DNA from: Acidobacteriota bacterium
GTDB lineage: Bacteria > Acidobacteriota > Thermoanaerobaculia > UBA5066 > Gp7-AA6
Reading direction: 5' to 3'
NCBI GenBank assembly: GCA_038327245.1
Contig: JBBQKV010000003.1
Coordinates: 1-50,427, forward strand
Length of the DNA: 50,427 nt
Below the pieces are notes generated by a model, which saw only the letters and a list, made by a program, of their open reading frames with translations, did no database searches and was not told where the DNA came from. The translations under genes and the position numbers were made by a program. Positions 8,785 through 17,887 of the stretch are shown piece by piece (positions within the stretch are counted from its first letter, which is position 1; each line of letters opens with the position of its first letter).

Positions 8785-10527
8785 TTACGTGGAGAGGGGA
8801 CTCCCTCGGCGCCTCTCCACCCAAGCCGTGAGCTCGTCCGCGGTCATCGCGTTCAACGTCACGTCGGCCGTCACCCAGCCCTTTCGGGCGATGCCCACGC
8901 CGTACGCCGTGTTGCCGAGCTCCGCGACGGAGTGCGCGTCGGGGCCGATCGAGAAGACGACGCCCGCGTCGAGAGCGTGGCGGCAGAACCGCCAGTCGAG
9001 GTCGAGGCGGTGCGGCGAGCCGTTGATCTCGACCGCGCAGCCCGCGCGGCCCGCCGCGGTCAGGACGGCCTCCATATCCGCGTCGATCCCCTTGCGGGTC
9101 AGGAGCAGGCGGCCGGTAGGGTGGCCGAGGACGGTGACGCGCGGATTCTCGACCGCCCGGATGAGCCGCCGCGTCTGCTCGTCGCGGGGGAGGCCGAAGC
9201 GGGAGTGAATGGACGCCACGACGACGTCGAACGTCTCCAGGAAATCGTCCCCGTAATCGATCGAGCCGTCCGCGAGGATGTCGGCCTCGGTTCCGTGAAA
9301 GATGCGGAAGTCCGGCAACTCCGTCTGCAGAGCGCGGATCGCTTCGCGCTGGCGCAGAACGCGGTCGGGGGCGAGCCCCCCGGCGTATCCCGCGATCTGG
9401 CTGTGGTCCGTGATGACCACCCACGAGTAGCCGGCGTCGCGCGCCGCCCCGACCATTTCCGGGAGCGACGCCCGGCCGTCCGACTCCGTGGTGTGGACGT
9501 GGATCAGGCCGCGGATGTCCGAGGCGTCGAGGAGGCGCGGCAGCTCTCCGCGGGCGGCCGCCTCGACTTCCCCGTCGCCCTCGCGCAGCTCCGGCTCGAT
9601 GAAAGGGAGACCCAGGTGTCCGTAGATCTCGGCCTCCGTCGACGCGGGAAGTCTCTTCGTCCGCCCGGTCCCCGCGAAGACGCCGGTCCGGTCGAGCGTC
9701 CGCCGTCGCTTCTTCGCGCGCAGGACGAGCTCCGCGTAGTGCTCCTTCGAGCCCGTGAAATACAGGAGAGCCGCGGCGAACTCGTCTTCCGGAGCCAGGG
9801 CGAGTCTCGCGACGAGGCCCTCGCCGAGCCGAAGCGAAATCTCGCTCTCGTCCGCGTGGACGAGCTCCGAGATCCCGGCCACTTCCCGGAAGGCGCGCGC
9901 GGCGTCGGCTGGCTGGTCGGACGCCGCGACGAGGTCGATGTTGCCCACGACCTCGCGGCGGCGGCGGAGGCTGCCGGCAACCTCCACGCGCGAGGCGACG
10001 CCGGCCGAAAGGAGCGCGGCCGCGAGGTCCTCGGCGCGGCGGCGCACCGCGGAGTAGCGGTGAAGCCCGGTCGTCGTCCGCAGCATCTCGATCCCGCGGA
10101 GAATCCGCTCCTCCGTCTTCGGCCCGAAGCCCCGGACCCCGCCGACCTTGCCCTCCCGGCACGCCTGTTCGAGCGCCGCAAGCGAGTCGATTCCGAGCTC
10201 GGCGTGGAGGAGCTTCGCCTTCCGGGCGCCGAAACCCGGGATCCGCAGGCACTCGCGCAGGCCGGGCGGGAAGGATGCCCGCAGCTCGTCGTAATAGGGC
10301 AGTGTGCCATTTGAAAAAAGGGTCGCTATATTCGAGAACAGGCCCGACCCGATTCCGGGAACCGAGAGGAGTTCGCGCGTGCGGACGGCTTCGGCGAGAT
10401 TTCCGGTGAAGCCGCGGATCGCGCGGGCCCCCGCGTCATAGGCCCGGACCTTGAAGGGGTTCTCTCCCTTGAGCTCCAGCATCGCCGCGATCTCTTCGAG
10501 GACGCGCGCGACCTCGTTCCGGTCCAT
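8785..10527 (-). CDS. polX: Family X DNA polymerase / PHP exonuclease with non-canonical polymerase active site
   Basis: ENPFKVRAY 8-kDa domain, GSLRR, YFTGSKEH, IEPELRE; PHP motifs HVHTTESDG, TDHS, HPTGR, EIN, DAH. Confidence 0.95.
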   Translation of the reverse strand: MDRNEVARVLEEIAAMLELKGENPFKVRAYDAGARAIRGFTGNLAEAVRTRELLSVPGIGSGLFSNIATLFSNGTLPYYDELRASFPPGLRECLRIPGFGARKAKLLHAELGIDSLAALEQACREGKVGGVRGFGPKTEERILRGIEMLRTTTGLHRYSAVRRRAEDLAAALLSAGVASRVEVAGSLRRRREVVGNIDLVAASDQPADAARAFREVAGISELVHADESEISLRLGEGLVARLALAPEDEFAAALLYFTGSKEHYAELVLRAKKRRRTLDRTGVFAGTGRTKRLPASTEAEIYGHLGLPFIEPELREGDGEVEAAARGELPRLLDASDIRGLIHVHTTESDGRASLPEMVGAARDAGYSWVVITDHSQIAGYAGGLAPDRVLRQREAIRALQTELPDFRIFHGTEADILADGSIDYGDDFLETFDVVVASIHSRFGLPRDEQTRRLIRAVENPRVTVLGHPTGRLLLTRKGIDADMEAVLTAAGRAGCAVEINGSPHRLDLDWRFCRHALDAGVVFSIGPDAHSVAELGNTAYGVGIARKGWVTADVTLNAMTADELTAWVERRRGSPLST

Positions 10528-10581
10528 GATGCGATTCTAAGGAATCGGTATTGCACGTTTTCGCTATGCAAGGAGTAAGCA

Positions 10582-10788
10582 ATGTCAGTTGCCAAGATCA
10601 TCGAGCTCGTCGGCTCTTCCGAGAAGAGCTGGGACGACGCCGTCCGGGCCGCCGTGGCGGAAGCCGCGAAGACCGTTCGGGGAATCCGCGGGGTCGACGT
10701 CCAGGACTGGACCGCGCGGGTGAAGGAGGGCCGGATCGTCGAGTACAAGGCGAACGTGAAGATCGCGTTCGGGATCGAGGAAGAGTGA
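10582..10788 (+). CDS. Dodecin-family flavin/nucleotide-binding protein
   Basis: KIIELVGSSEKSWDDAVRAAV...EYKANVKIAF; SD AGGAG upstream. Confidence 0.93.
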   Translation: MSVAKIIELVGSSEKSWDDAVRAAVAEAAKTVRGIRGVDVQDWTARVKEGRIVEYKANVKIAFGIEEE

Positions 10789-10807
10789 CGGCGTAAGATC
10801 CACGCCC

Positions 10808-11632
10808 TTGCGCGTTGATCTCCACAGCCACTCGACGGTCTCCGATGGTCTGGACTCCCCGGGGGAGCTCGTCCGCCGGATGGCGGCCGCCGGCATCGGC
10901 GCGCTCGCGTTGACCGACCACGACACGCTCCAGGGCCTGCCGGAGGCGCGAGAGGAGGCAGAGCGGAGCGGCATCGAGCTCATCCCCGGCGCCGAGATCT
11001 CGGCCAACTTCGCGGGACAGGACGACGTCCACATACTCGCCCTGTTCGTGGACGAGAACAACGTCTCGTTCAACGACAACCTGGCAGAGAGGCAGGAGAA
11101 CCGCCGGAGCCGGGGCGAACGCATGGCGCAGAAGCTCCGCGAGGCGGGGTTCGCCATCGACCTCGACGGGATCCGCGAGGACGTCGGGGACGGAGTCTGG
11201 GGGAGACCCCACATCGCCCGGGCCCTGATCCGCGCGGGCTACGCGACGTCGAACGACGAGGCCTTCGACCGCTTCCTGGGGGACGAGCACCCCTGGTACG
11301 TGCCGACCGAGAAGTGGGCGGCCGCCGAAGTCCTCGCCGCGGTCCACGCGGCCGGGGGAGTCTGCTCGCTCGCGCATTCCGTCTGGTACCGGGACGCCGA
11401 AACGCTGATCGCGGGCCTGGCCGCGCACGGTCTGGACGCCGTCGAGGTCTTCCACCCGGACCACGGGCCGGCCGAAGAGGAGCGCTTCGGGAAGATCGCG
11501 GGCGAGCTCGGCCTCGCCGTGACCGCCGGCAGCGATTTCCACGGATCGGTCGAAGGAAAGAAGGCGCCGGGCGGCGTTTTCGGGAACGCCCGGATGCTCG
11601 ACGTCCTGCGCGCGAGACGCCCACCGCGATGA
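10808..11632 (+). CDS. PHP-domain phosphoesterase (TrpH/YciV-like)
   Basis: DLHSHSTVSDG, LTDHDT, GAEIS, GRPHIA and GSDFHG motifs. Confidence 0.92.
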   Translation: MRVDLHSHSTVSDGLDSPGELVRRMAAAGIGALALTDHDTLQGLPEAREEAERSGIELIPGAEISANFAGQDDVHILALFVDENNVSFNDNLAERQENRRSRGERMAQKLREAGFAIDLDGIREDVGDGVWGRPHIARALIRAGYATSNDEAFDRFLGDEHPWYVPTEKWAAAEVLAAVHAAGGVCSLAHSVWYRDAETLIAGLAAHGLDAVEVFHPDHGPAEEERFGKIAGELGLAVTAGSDFHGSVEGKKAPGGVFGNARMLDVLRARRPPR

Positions 11633-12015
11633 CCGCGATGACCGCGACGCCCGGCGTCCTCCGCGAAAGCTGGGTGGTTCTCCTTCATCGGGACGAGGCG
11701 GTCGGTCTCTACGAGGCCGCGGCGATGGCGGCGGCCGCGGCGTCGCTGGACCTCTCGGTGACGCTCGTGTGGTTCGACGCGGCCTTGGACGCGCTCGTTT
11801 CGGGGAGGCTCGACGACTCCGGCGACGGCGGAGACGTGGCCGGCCTCCTGGCGGATGCGCGCGAGACCGGCCGGGTGCGCCTGCTCGCGTGTTCCGCGTC
11901 GGCGGTGCGATCGGCGGGCGGGGTCGGGGCCGTGCGCGAGAGGGTCGACGAGATCGTGGGCTGGCCGACGGTCGTCGGTCTGATCCGGGCGGCGAGCAAA
12001 GCGTTCGTCTGGTAG
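11629..12015 (+). CDS. DsrE/DsrF-like small protein
   Basis: ATGA overlap with the PHP gene stop; AAAAASLDLSVTLVWF...RLLACSAS...VDEIVG pattern. Alternative ATG at 11638. Confidence 0.65.
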   Translation: MTAMTATPGVLRESWVVLLHRDEAVGLYEAAAMAAAAASLDLSVTLVWFDAALDALVSGRLDDSGDGGDVAGLLADARETGRVRLLACSASAVRSAGGVGAVRERVDEIVGWPTVVGLIRAASKAFVW

Positions 12016-12046
12016 CCGCGCTTCGCGGAGAACCCGGACATCATCT

Positions 12047-12072
12047 GTCCCCCCCGGCGGGGGACTCTGCTT
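12047..12072 (+). terminator. GC hairpin, possible weak terminator
   Basis: GTCCCCC-CCGGC-GGGGGAC stem followed by TCTGCTT (poor U-tract). Confidence 0.35.
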
Positions 12073-12194
12073 GCGGAAAAGAGCGGCTCTGCGGAAAAGA
12101 AATTTTTTCCGCCGCGCCCGCCGCCGGGAGGCCCCCGCCGGATGGATGCGGATTTTCTTCGAGCGTTGACAGCCGCGGAGGCGGCGGGAAGAAT
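12072..12194 (+). promoter_or_regulatory. dnaB sigma70-type promoter with upstream DnaA-box-like repeats
   Basis: TTGACA 12166-12171, 17 nt, AAGAAT 12189-12194; TGCGGAAAA at 12072 and 12090; TTTTCCGCC at 12105. Confidence 0.6.
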
Positions 12195-12210
12195 GCGGCT
12201 CAACTCCTCG

Positions 12211-13566
12211 ATGCTCGAAGAAACGACCACGGAAAAGGGGCTCCCGCAGAACCTCGAAGCGGAGAGGTCCGTGCTGGGCGCGATCCTCCTCGATCCCGCT
12301 TCTCTCGCCGCCGTTTTCCCCATCCTCAAGGAAGACGACTTCTTCCCCGACACGCACCGGCGCATCTACCGGTCGATGACGGAGCTCGCGCAGCGCTCCG
12401 CGGAGATCGACGTCCTGACGCTGCGCGAGGAGCTTTCCCGCGCGGGAGCCGTCGACAAGGCGGGCGGCGCGACGTACCTCTCCTCGCTGCTCGACGGTGT
12501 TCCCGACGTGGCGAACGTCGAGCACTACGCCCGGATCGTCAAGGAAAAGTCGACCCTGCGTCGACTGATCCGCGCTGGACAGCGAATGGTCCGGGAGGGC
12601 CTCGCCCAGGAGAAGGACGCGCAGAACCTGCTCGGGGACGTCACCGGCGAGATCTTCGACATCGCCGAGGACGCGGTTTCCGGCGGCTTCGAGCGGATGG
12701 GAGAGATCACCCGTCACACCCTCGACGTCATCGACGAGGCCAAGGAGCGGAGCGGTGGAGTTTCGGGTCTCGCGACCGGCTTCGGAGATCTCGACCGCCT
12801 GACCTCGGGGCTCCAGACCACCGACCTGATCATCCTCGCCGCCCGGCCCGCGGTCGGAAAGACCTCGCTCGCCCTGAACATCGCGCAACACGTCTCGATT
12901 CGCGAGGGGCGCTCCGTGGGGTTCTTCTCGCTCGAGATGTCCAAGGAGCAGATCGGATTCCGGGTGCTCTGCTCGGAGGGGGACGTGAACGCGAAGAAGG
13001 TCCGGGACGGCTACGCCTCGAGCGAGGCCATCACGCGGCTCGTGATCGCGCAGTCGAAGGTGGCCGGGGCGCGCTTTTTCGTGGACGACGGCTCGGCCCT
13101 ATCGGTCCCCGAGATGCGGGCAAAGGCGCAGCGCCTGAAGCGCGAGCACGGCCTCGACCTCCTCGTCGTCGACTATCTCCAGCTGATGATGGGACACGGG
13201 CGATTCGACAACCGCACGCAGGAGGTTTCCCAGATCTCCCGCGGGCTGAAGCTCCTTGCGAAGGAGCTGCACGTTCCGATCATCGCGCTCTCGCAACTCT
13301 CGCGGCAGCCGGAACGCCGGACCGGGGAGCAGCGCCGGCCGCAACTCGCGGACCTGCGCGAGAGCGGATCCCTGGAACAGGACGCGGACCTCGTCATTTT
13401 CCTCTATCGCGAGGAGCTTTACGACAAGGACACGGAACGGAAGGGCATCGCCGACATCATCGTCGCCAAGCAGCGCAACGGTCCGACCGGCGACTTCCCG
13501 CTCGTGTTCCTCGCCGACCACATGACGTTCGCGGACTACGCGGGACCGGCGCTCGAGCCGTTCTGA
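12211..13566 (+). CDS. dnaB: Replicative DNA helicase
   Basis: PQNLEAERSVLG, AARPAVGKT, FSLEMS, DYLQLM, LSQLSR, DLRESGSLEQDAD, KQRNGPTG; no intein. ATG 12211 chosen as downstream of the promoter. Confidence 0.97.
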   Translation: MLEETTTEKGLPQNLEAERSVLGAILLDPASLAAVFPILKEDDFFPDTHRRIYRSMTELAQRSAEIDVLTLREELSRAGAVDKAGGATYLSSLLDGVPDVANVEHYARIVKEKSTLRRLIRAGQRMVREGLAQEKDAQNLLGDVTGEIFDIAEDAVSGGFERMGEITRHTLDVIDEAKERSGGVSGLATGFGDLDRLTSGLQTTDLIILAARPAVGKTSLALNIAQHVSIREGRSVGFFSLEMSKEQIGFRVLCSEGDVNAKKVRDGYASSEAITRLVIAQSKVAGARFFVDDGSALSVPEMRAKAQRLKREHGLDLLVVDYLQLMMGHGRFDNRTQEVSQISRGLKLLAKELHVPIIALSQLSRQPERRTGEQRRPQLADLRESGSLEQDADLVIFLYREELYDKDTERKGIADIIVAKQRNGPTGDFPLVFLADHMTFADYAGPALEPF

Positions 13567-13653
13567 TCGGGGAGCCGGGAGCCGCCTTCTCGCGAGCTTC
13601 TGTCTCTGACATCCTTTGCCCGTGGCGGGAGAGATCTTCGACGGGCGGCTCGC

Positions 13654-14754
13654 GTGAGGCCGACCGTCGCCGCGGTCGACCTCGGGGCGATCGCGCGAAA
13701 CTACCGGTTGCTTCGAGACCGCGTCGGCGAGGGCCGCTCGGTCATCCCGGTTCTCAAGGCGGACGCCTACGGACACGGCGCGGGACCCGTCGCGCGCCGT
13801 CTGGAGACCGAGGGAGCCCGCCGGTTCGCGGTCGCGGTGGCGGAGGAGGGGGTCGCGCTGCGCCGGGCCGGCGTCGCCGGCGAGATCCTTCTCCTGAATT
13901 TCTCGGACCCCGCCGATGCCGGGAAGCTTCGCGCCTACGGTCTGTCTCCCGCGCTCTACGACCTGGAGCAGGCAAGGGCGTTCGCCCGCGCGGCCGCCGG
14001 GTTTGCCGTCCCGCTCCCCGTGCAGATCAAGCTCGACACCGGCATGGGCCGGATCGGCTTTCGCCCCGCGGAGGTCGGCGAGCTCGCCGGCGTCCTCCGC
14101 GACGCCCGCGGACTCCGGGTCGCCGGGACGTTCAGCAACCTCGCGGCGGCGGAGGATCCCGGGTCTCCGCGAACGGCGGAGCAGGTCGAGCGCCTGCGCG
14201 CCGGTACCGACGCTCTCGCCGCCGCCGGGATTTCTCCCGGCCTCGTGCACCTCGCGAACTCCGCGGGCGCCCTGCTGCATCCCCCTTCGTGGCTGGACGC
14301 CGTGCGGCCGGGCCTCGCTCTCTACGGCGTCCCGCCCTCCGGCAAGGCGGACCCGCTCGAACCGGCGATGAGCGTGGAGACGCGAGTGATGTCCGTCCGG
14401 GAGGTTCCGGCGGGAGTCGCTCTCGGCTACGGCGGTCGCTTCGTGACGTCGCATCCCTCCGAGATCGCAGTGCTGCCCATCGGCTATCATGACGGCTTCC
14501 GGCGGTCCTTTTCGGGGCGGGTACACGTCTTGTTGCGGGGGAACGAAGCGCCTGTCGTGGGCGCGGTGAGCATGGACCTGACTCTCGTGGACGCGACCGG
14601 CCTCGGCGCCCGGAACGGAGAACCGGTGATCTGCCTCGGCTCCGACGGCGCGCGGCGCGTCACCGCATGGGATCTCGCGCGCGCCGCCGACACGCTGCCC
14701 TACGAAATCCTCTGCGGGATCGGCCCCCGGGTTCCCCGCGTGTACCGGCCGTGA
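13654..14754 (+). CDS. alr: Alanine racemase
   Basis: VLKADAYGHG, KLDTGMGRIG, HLANS, VRPGLALYG, GYGG, GYHDG, YEILC. Confidence 0.96.
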   Translation: MRPTVAAVDLGAIARNYRLLRDRVGEGRSVIPVLKADAYGHGAGPVARRLETEGARRFAVAVAEEGVALRRAGVAGEILLLNFSDPADAGKLRAYGLSPALYDLEQARAFARAAAGFAVPLPVQIKLDTGMGRIGFRPAEVGELAGVLRDARGLRVAGTFSNLAAAEDPGSPRTAEQVERLRAGTDALAAAGISPGLVHLANSAGALLHPPSWLDAVRPGLALYGVPPSGKADPLEPAMSVETRVMSVREVPAGVALGYGGRFVTSHPSEIAVLPIGYHDGFRRSFSGRVHVLLRGNEAPVVGAVSMDLTLVDATGLGARNGEPVICLGSDGARRVTAWDLARAADTLPYEILCGIGPRVPRVYRP

Positions 14755-15518
14755 GGCTGCTCGAAGCGATCGGGCGCGCGCTCCTCCACTTGCTCGAGGA
14801 GCTCGGCCGCTTCTTCCAGATGTTGGGCCAGACCGTCGCCTGGGCGATCCGCCCGCCCTACGACGTCCCCGAGCTCTTCCGACAGATGGTCCGGGTCGGC
14901 GTGGACTCGATCCCGGTCGTCTTCCTGACGACGCTCTTCACCGGAATGGTGATGGCGCTCCAGACCTTTCACGGATTCGCGCGATTCCACGCCGAGGGGT
15001 TCGTCGGGAGCGTCGTTGCCCTGTCGCTGACGCGGGAGCTTGCTCCGGTCCTGACGGCGCTCATGGTCACGGGCCGGGTCGGCAGCGCCATGGCGGCGGA
15101 GCTCGGCACGATGCGGGTGACCGAACAGATCGACGCGCTGACGGCGCTCGGCACCGAGCCGATCCAGTACCTCGTGGTTCCCCGGGTCGCGTCTTCGATC
15201 CTGATGATGCCGCTCCTCGTGATCCTGGGCGACGCCATCGGCATGTACGGGGGTTACCTCGTCGCGGTGCAGCTCCTCGGGGCGAACCCGAACACGTACA
15301 TCGACAACTCCTTCCAGTTCCTGGAGCTCTCCGACGTGACTTCCGGGATCATCAAGGCGGCCGTGTTCGGTCTCATCTTTTCTCTCGTCGCGTGCGTGCG
15401 CGGCTATTACACCGAGGGGGGAGCGGAGGGAGTGGGACGCTCGACGACCCGGGCGGTCGTCGGCGGGAGCCTCTCGATCCTCTTCGCCGACTTCTTCCTC
15501 ACGAAGCTGCTGTTCTGA
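14751..15518 (+). CDS. mlaE: MlaE-family ABC permease
   Basis: RELAPVLTALMVTGRVGSAMAAELGTMRVTEQIDAL and GGAEGVGRSTT; GTG 14751 overlaps the alr stop. Confidence 0.95.
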   Translation: MRLLEAIGRALLHLLEELGRFFQMLGQTVAWAIRPPYDVPELFRQMVRVGVDSIPVVFLTTLFTGMVMALQTFHGFARFHAEGFVGSVVALSLTRELAPVLTALMVTGRVGSAMAAELGTMRVTEQIDALTALGTEPIQYLVVPRVASSILMMPLLVILGDAIGMYGGYLVAVQLLGANPNTYIDNSFQFLELSDVTSGIIKAAVFGLIFSLVACVRGYYTEGGAEGVGRSTTRAVVGGSLSILFADFFLTKLLF

Positions 15519-16336
15519 TGATCGAACGCCGGACGCCGCCGGACGCGACGGCCAAGATCCGGGTCGAGGACCTCCACAAGTCCTTCTCCGGGAAGACGGT
15601 GCTGGACGGCATCGATTTCTCGCTCGCGGCGGGCGAATCTCTCGTCATCGTGGGTCCGTCCGGAACCGGCAAGAGCGTGCTCCTGAAACACCTGATCGGG
15701 CTGGTCCGGCCCGACTCCGGCCGGGTCTTCGTGGACGGACAGGACTTCTGGACGCTCTCGGACCGCGAACGCACCGGCGTCCGCAAGAAGTTCGGCATGT
15801 CGTTTCAGGAGGGCGCGCTGTTCGACTCGATGTCCGTCTTCGAGAACGTCGCATTTCCGCTTCGAAGGTCCGGCCGGCCCCCCGCCAAGGTCCGCGACCG
15901 GGTGCGGGAGTGTCTCTCGATCGTGCGGCTCCCGAACGTCGAGGGGAAGCGCCCCTCCGAGCTCTCCGGGGGAATGCGGCGCCGCGTCGGTTTCGCGCGG
16001 GCGATCGCCCACCAGCCCCAGATCCTTCTCTTCGACGAGCCGAACACGGGCCTCGACCCGATCATGACCGACGTCATCGACGAGGTGATCCTGGAGATGA
16101 AGGAAAAGCTGGACGTCTCGATCGTCACGATCACGCACCACATGGAGAGCGCCCGGAAGATCGGCGACCGGATCGCGCTCCTGTTCGGCGGCCGGATCCT
16201 GTTCGAAGCGCCCCCGGAGGAGTTCCTGAAGTCGGATAACCCGGCGGTCCGGCAGTTCGTGCAGGGCAGCGCCAAGGGACCGCTCACGGTAGAGTTCGAG
16301 CGGGAAGAGCAGACCGCGGTTTCGGAGGTCCCATGA
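15518..16336 (+). CDS. mlaF: MlaF-family ABC ATPase
   Basis: GPSGTGKS, FQEGALFDS, PSELSGGMRRRV, DEPNTGLDP. Confidence 0.95.
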   Translation: MIERRTPPDATAKIRVEDLHKSFSGKTVLDGIDFSLAAGESLVIVGPSGTGKSVLLKHLIGLVRPDSGRVFVDGQDFWTLSDRERTGVRKKFGMSFQEGALFDSMSVFENVAFPLRRSGRPPAKVRDRVRECLSIVRLPNVEGKRPSELSGGMRRRVGFARAIAHQPQILLFDEPNTGLDPIMTDVIDEVILEMKEKLDVSIVTITHHMESARKIGDRIALLFGGRILFEAPPEEFLKSDNPAVRQFVQGSAKGPLTVEFEREEQTAVSEVP

Positions 16337-17778
16337 ACACAGCGGCGAAGGTCGGAGCGTTTTTCCTGGTGGTTCTCGCGATCACGGGTCTCCTCATCTG
16401 GAAGATCGAGGATCTGCGCATCGGGCGGGGTCGTCCCAAAAAGGTCACCGTGCAGTTCCAGAACGTCGCGGGTCTGGACGAGAAGACGGCGGTTCGGGTC
16501 GCCGGCGTCGGCGTCGGCAAGGTGTCGAAGATCCGACTGGTGGAGGGAAAGGCTCTCGTGGACGTCGACCTCGATCCGAACGTGGCCCTGCGGCAGGGAG
16601 CGTCCGCTTCCATCGAGAGCCGCGGCCTGCTGGGCGAAAAATACGTGGAGCTGGTCCCCGGTCCGTTTGGCGCGGCGCCCCTTCCGGACAACGCCGTCAT
16701 CGTCGGAGGGGTTCCGGTCTCCTTCGACCAGATCACGAAGCTCGCCCGCGACATCGAGATCGACATCAAGTCGATCACGAAGAGCCTGAAGGACTCGATC
16801 GGCGGGCCTCAGGGGGAGGAACGGCTGTCGGACATCGTCGAGAACATGCGGCTCATCAGCCAGGAAGTCCGCGCGATGGTGGAGACGAACCGCGTGGGCG
16901 TGGACGCGACGATCGCGAACTTCCGGGCGTTCTCGTCGGCCATGAAAGACCTGGTTGCACGCGTGGACTCCGTGGTCGCGTCGAACCAGGGCAACGTCTC
17001 CGGCAGTATCGCGAACATCCGCGAGATCTCGGAGAAGCTGGAGACGACCACGGACAACCTCAACCAGATCACGGGCCGGATCCGCGAGGGCGAGGGCACC
17101 GTCGGAAAACTGGTTCAGAGCGACGAGACACACAAGAACCTGAACGACGCGCTGGTCGCCGTCAAGGAGGGGGTCGCGGGCCTCAACAAGGCGATGGGCG
17201 CCGTCGGGAAAATGAAGATCGACCTCGGGATGCGGTCGGAGTACCTCCCGAGCCTGTCGAAGGGTAAGTCCTACTTCACGCTCGACCTCGACCCCACCAC
17301 GTCGCCGCGCTTCTACCGGGTGGAGCTCGTCAGCCAGCCCTTCGGCAAGCGCAAGAACACGACTACGATCGAGACGACGACCTTTCCCGACGGACACACC
17401 GAGCGGACGGTCACGGACACCGAAGAGCGCAAGGACGAGTTTGCGATCTCCGCCCTGTTCGGTTACCGCTGGCGCGACTGGGTGATTCGCGCGGGCCTGC
17501 TCGAGTCGCGGGGCGGCGCCGGCGTGGATTACGTCGCGCTGAAGGACCGGTTGCGCGTCTCGGGAGACCTCTGGGACTTCAACCGCCCCGACAACTTCGC
17601 GGCCCACGCGAAGCTGGCCGGCCAGTATTACCTCACGCCGTCGGTGTTCGTGACCGCCGGGTGGGACGACTTCCTGAACCGGAAGCGCCAGTCGGACTCG
17701 GTTTTCTTCGGCGCCGGCCTGCGCTGGAACGACGACGACATCAAGTACCTGCTGGGATCGTTGCCGCTGAAACGGTAG
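16333..17778 (+). CDS. mlaD: Long MCE/MlaD protein: TM, MCE domain, helical stalk, beta-rich C-terminus
   Basis: AGL...VRVAGVGVGKV and GLLGEKYVELVPG (MCE); GEGTVGKLV; alternating aromatic strands at the C-terminus. Confidence 0.92.
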   Translation: MNTAAKVGAFFLVVLAITGLLIWKIEDLRIGRGRPKKVTVQFQNVAGLDEKTAVRVAGVGVGKVSKIRLVEGKALVDVDLDPNVALRQGASASIESRGLLGEKYVELVPGPFGAAPLPDNAVIVGGVPVSFDQITKLARDIEIDIKSITKSLKDSIGGPQGEERLSDIVENMRLISQEVRAMVETNRVGVDATIANFRAFSSAMKDLVARVDSVVASNQGNVSGSIANIREISEKLETTTDNLNQITGRIREGEGTVGKLVQSDETHKNLNDALVAVKEGVAGLNKAMGAVGKMKIDLGMRSEYLPSLSKGKSYFTLDLDPTTSPRFYRVELVSQPFGKRKNTTTIETTTFPDGHTERTVTDTEERKDEFAISALFGYRWRDWVIRAGLLESRGGAGVDYVALKDRLRVSGDLWDFNRPDNFAAHAKLAGQYYLTPSVFVTAGWDDFLNRKRQSDSVFFGAGLRWNDDDIKYLLGSLPLKR

Positions 17779-17780
17779 CC

Positions 17781-17880
17781 GGAACACGGAACACGGGACG
17801 CGGGACACGGGAGGGCTCGAGAGCCGCGACAAGATACTGATGCGTCTTCGTCGTGTTCCGTGTTCCCTGTCCCGCGTCCC
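17781..17880. repeat. Two inverted arrays of four heptamers (GG[A/G]AC[A/G]C)
   Basis: GGAACAC GGAACAC GGGACGC GGGACAC at 17781-17808; GTGTTCC GTGTTCC CTGTCCC GCGTCCC at 17853-17880. Confidence 0.85.
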
Positions 17881-17887
17881 GAGCTGA

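Noticed and set aside
10550-10566. Sigma54 promoter for dodecin (TTGCAC-N5-CGCT)
   Set aside because: Lacks the invariant GG at -24.
17781-17880. Possible CRISPR array
   Set aside because: Units are 7 nt and tandem with no unique spacers; no cas genes in the window.
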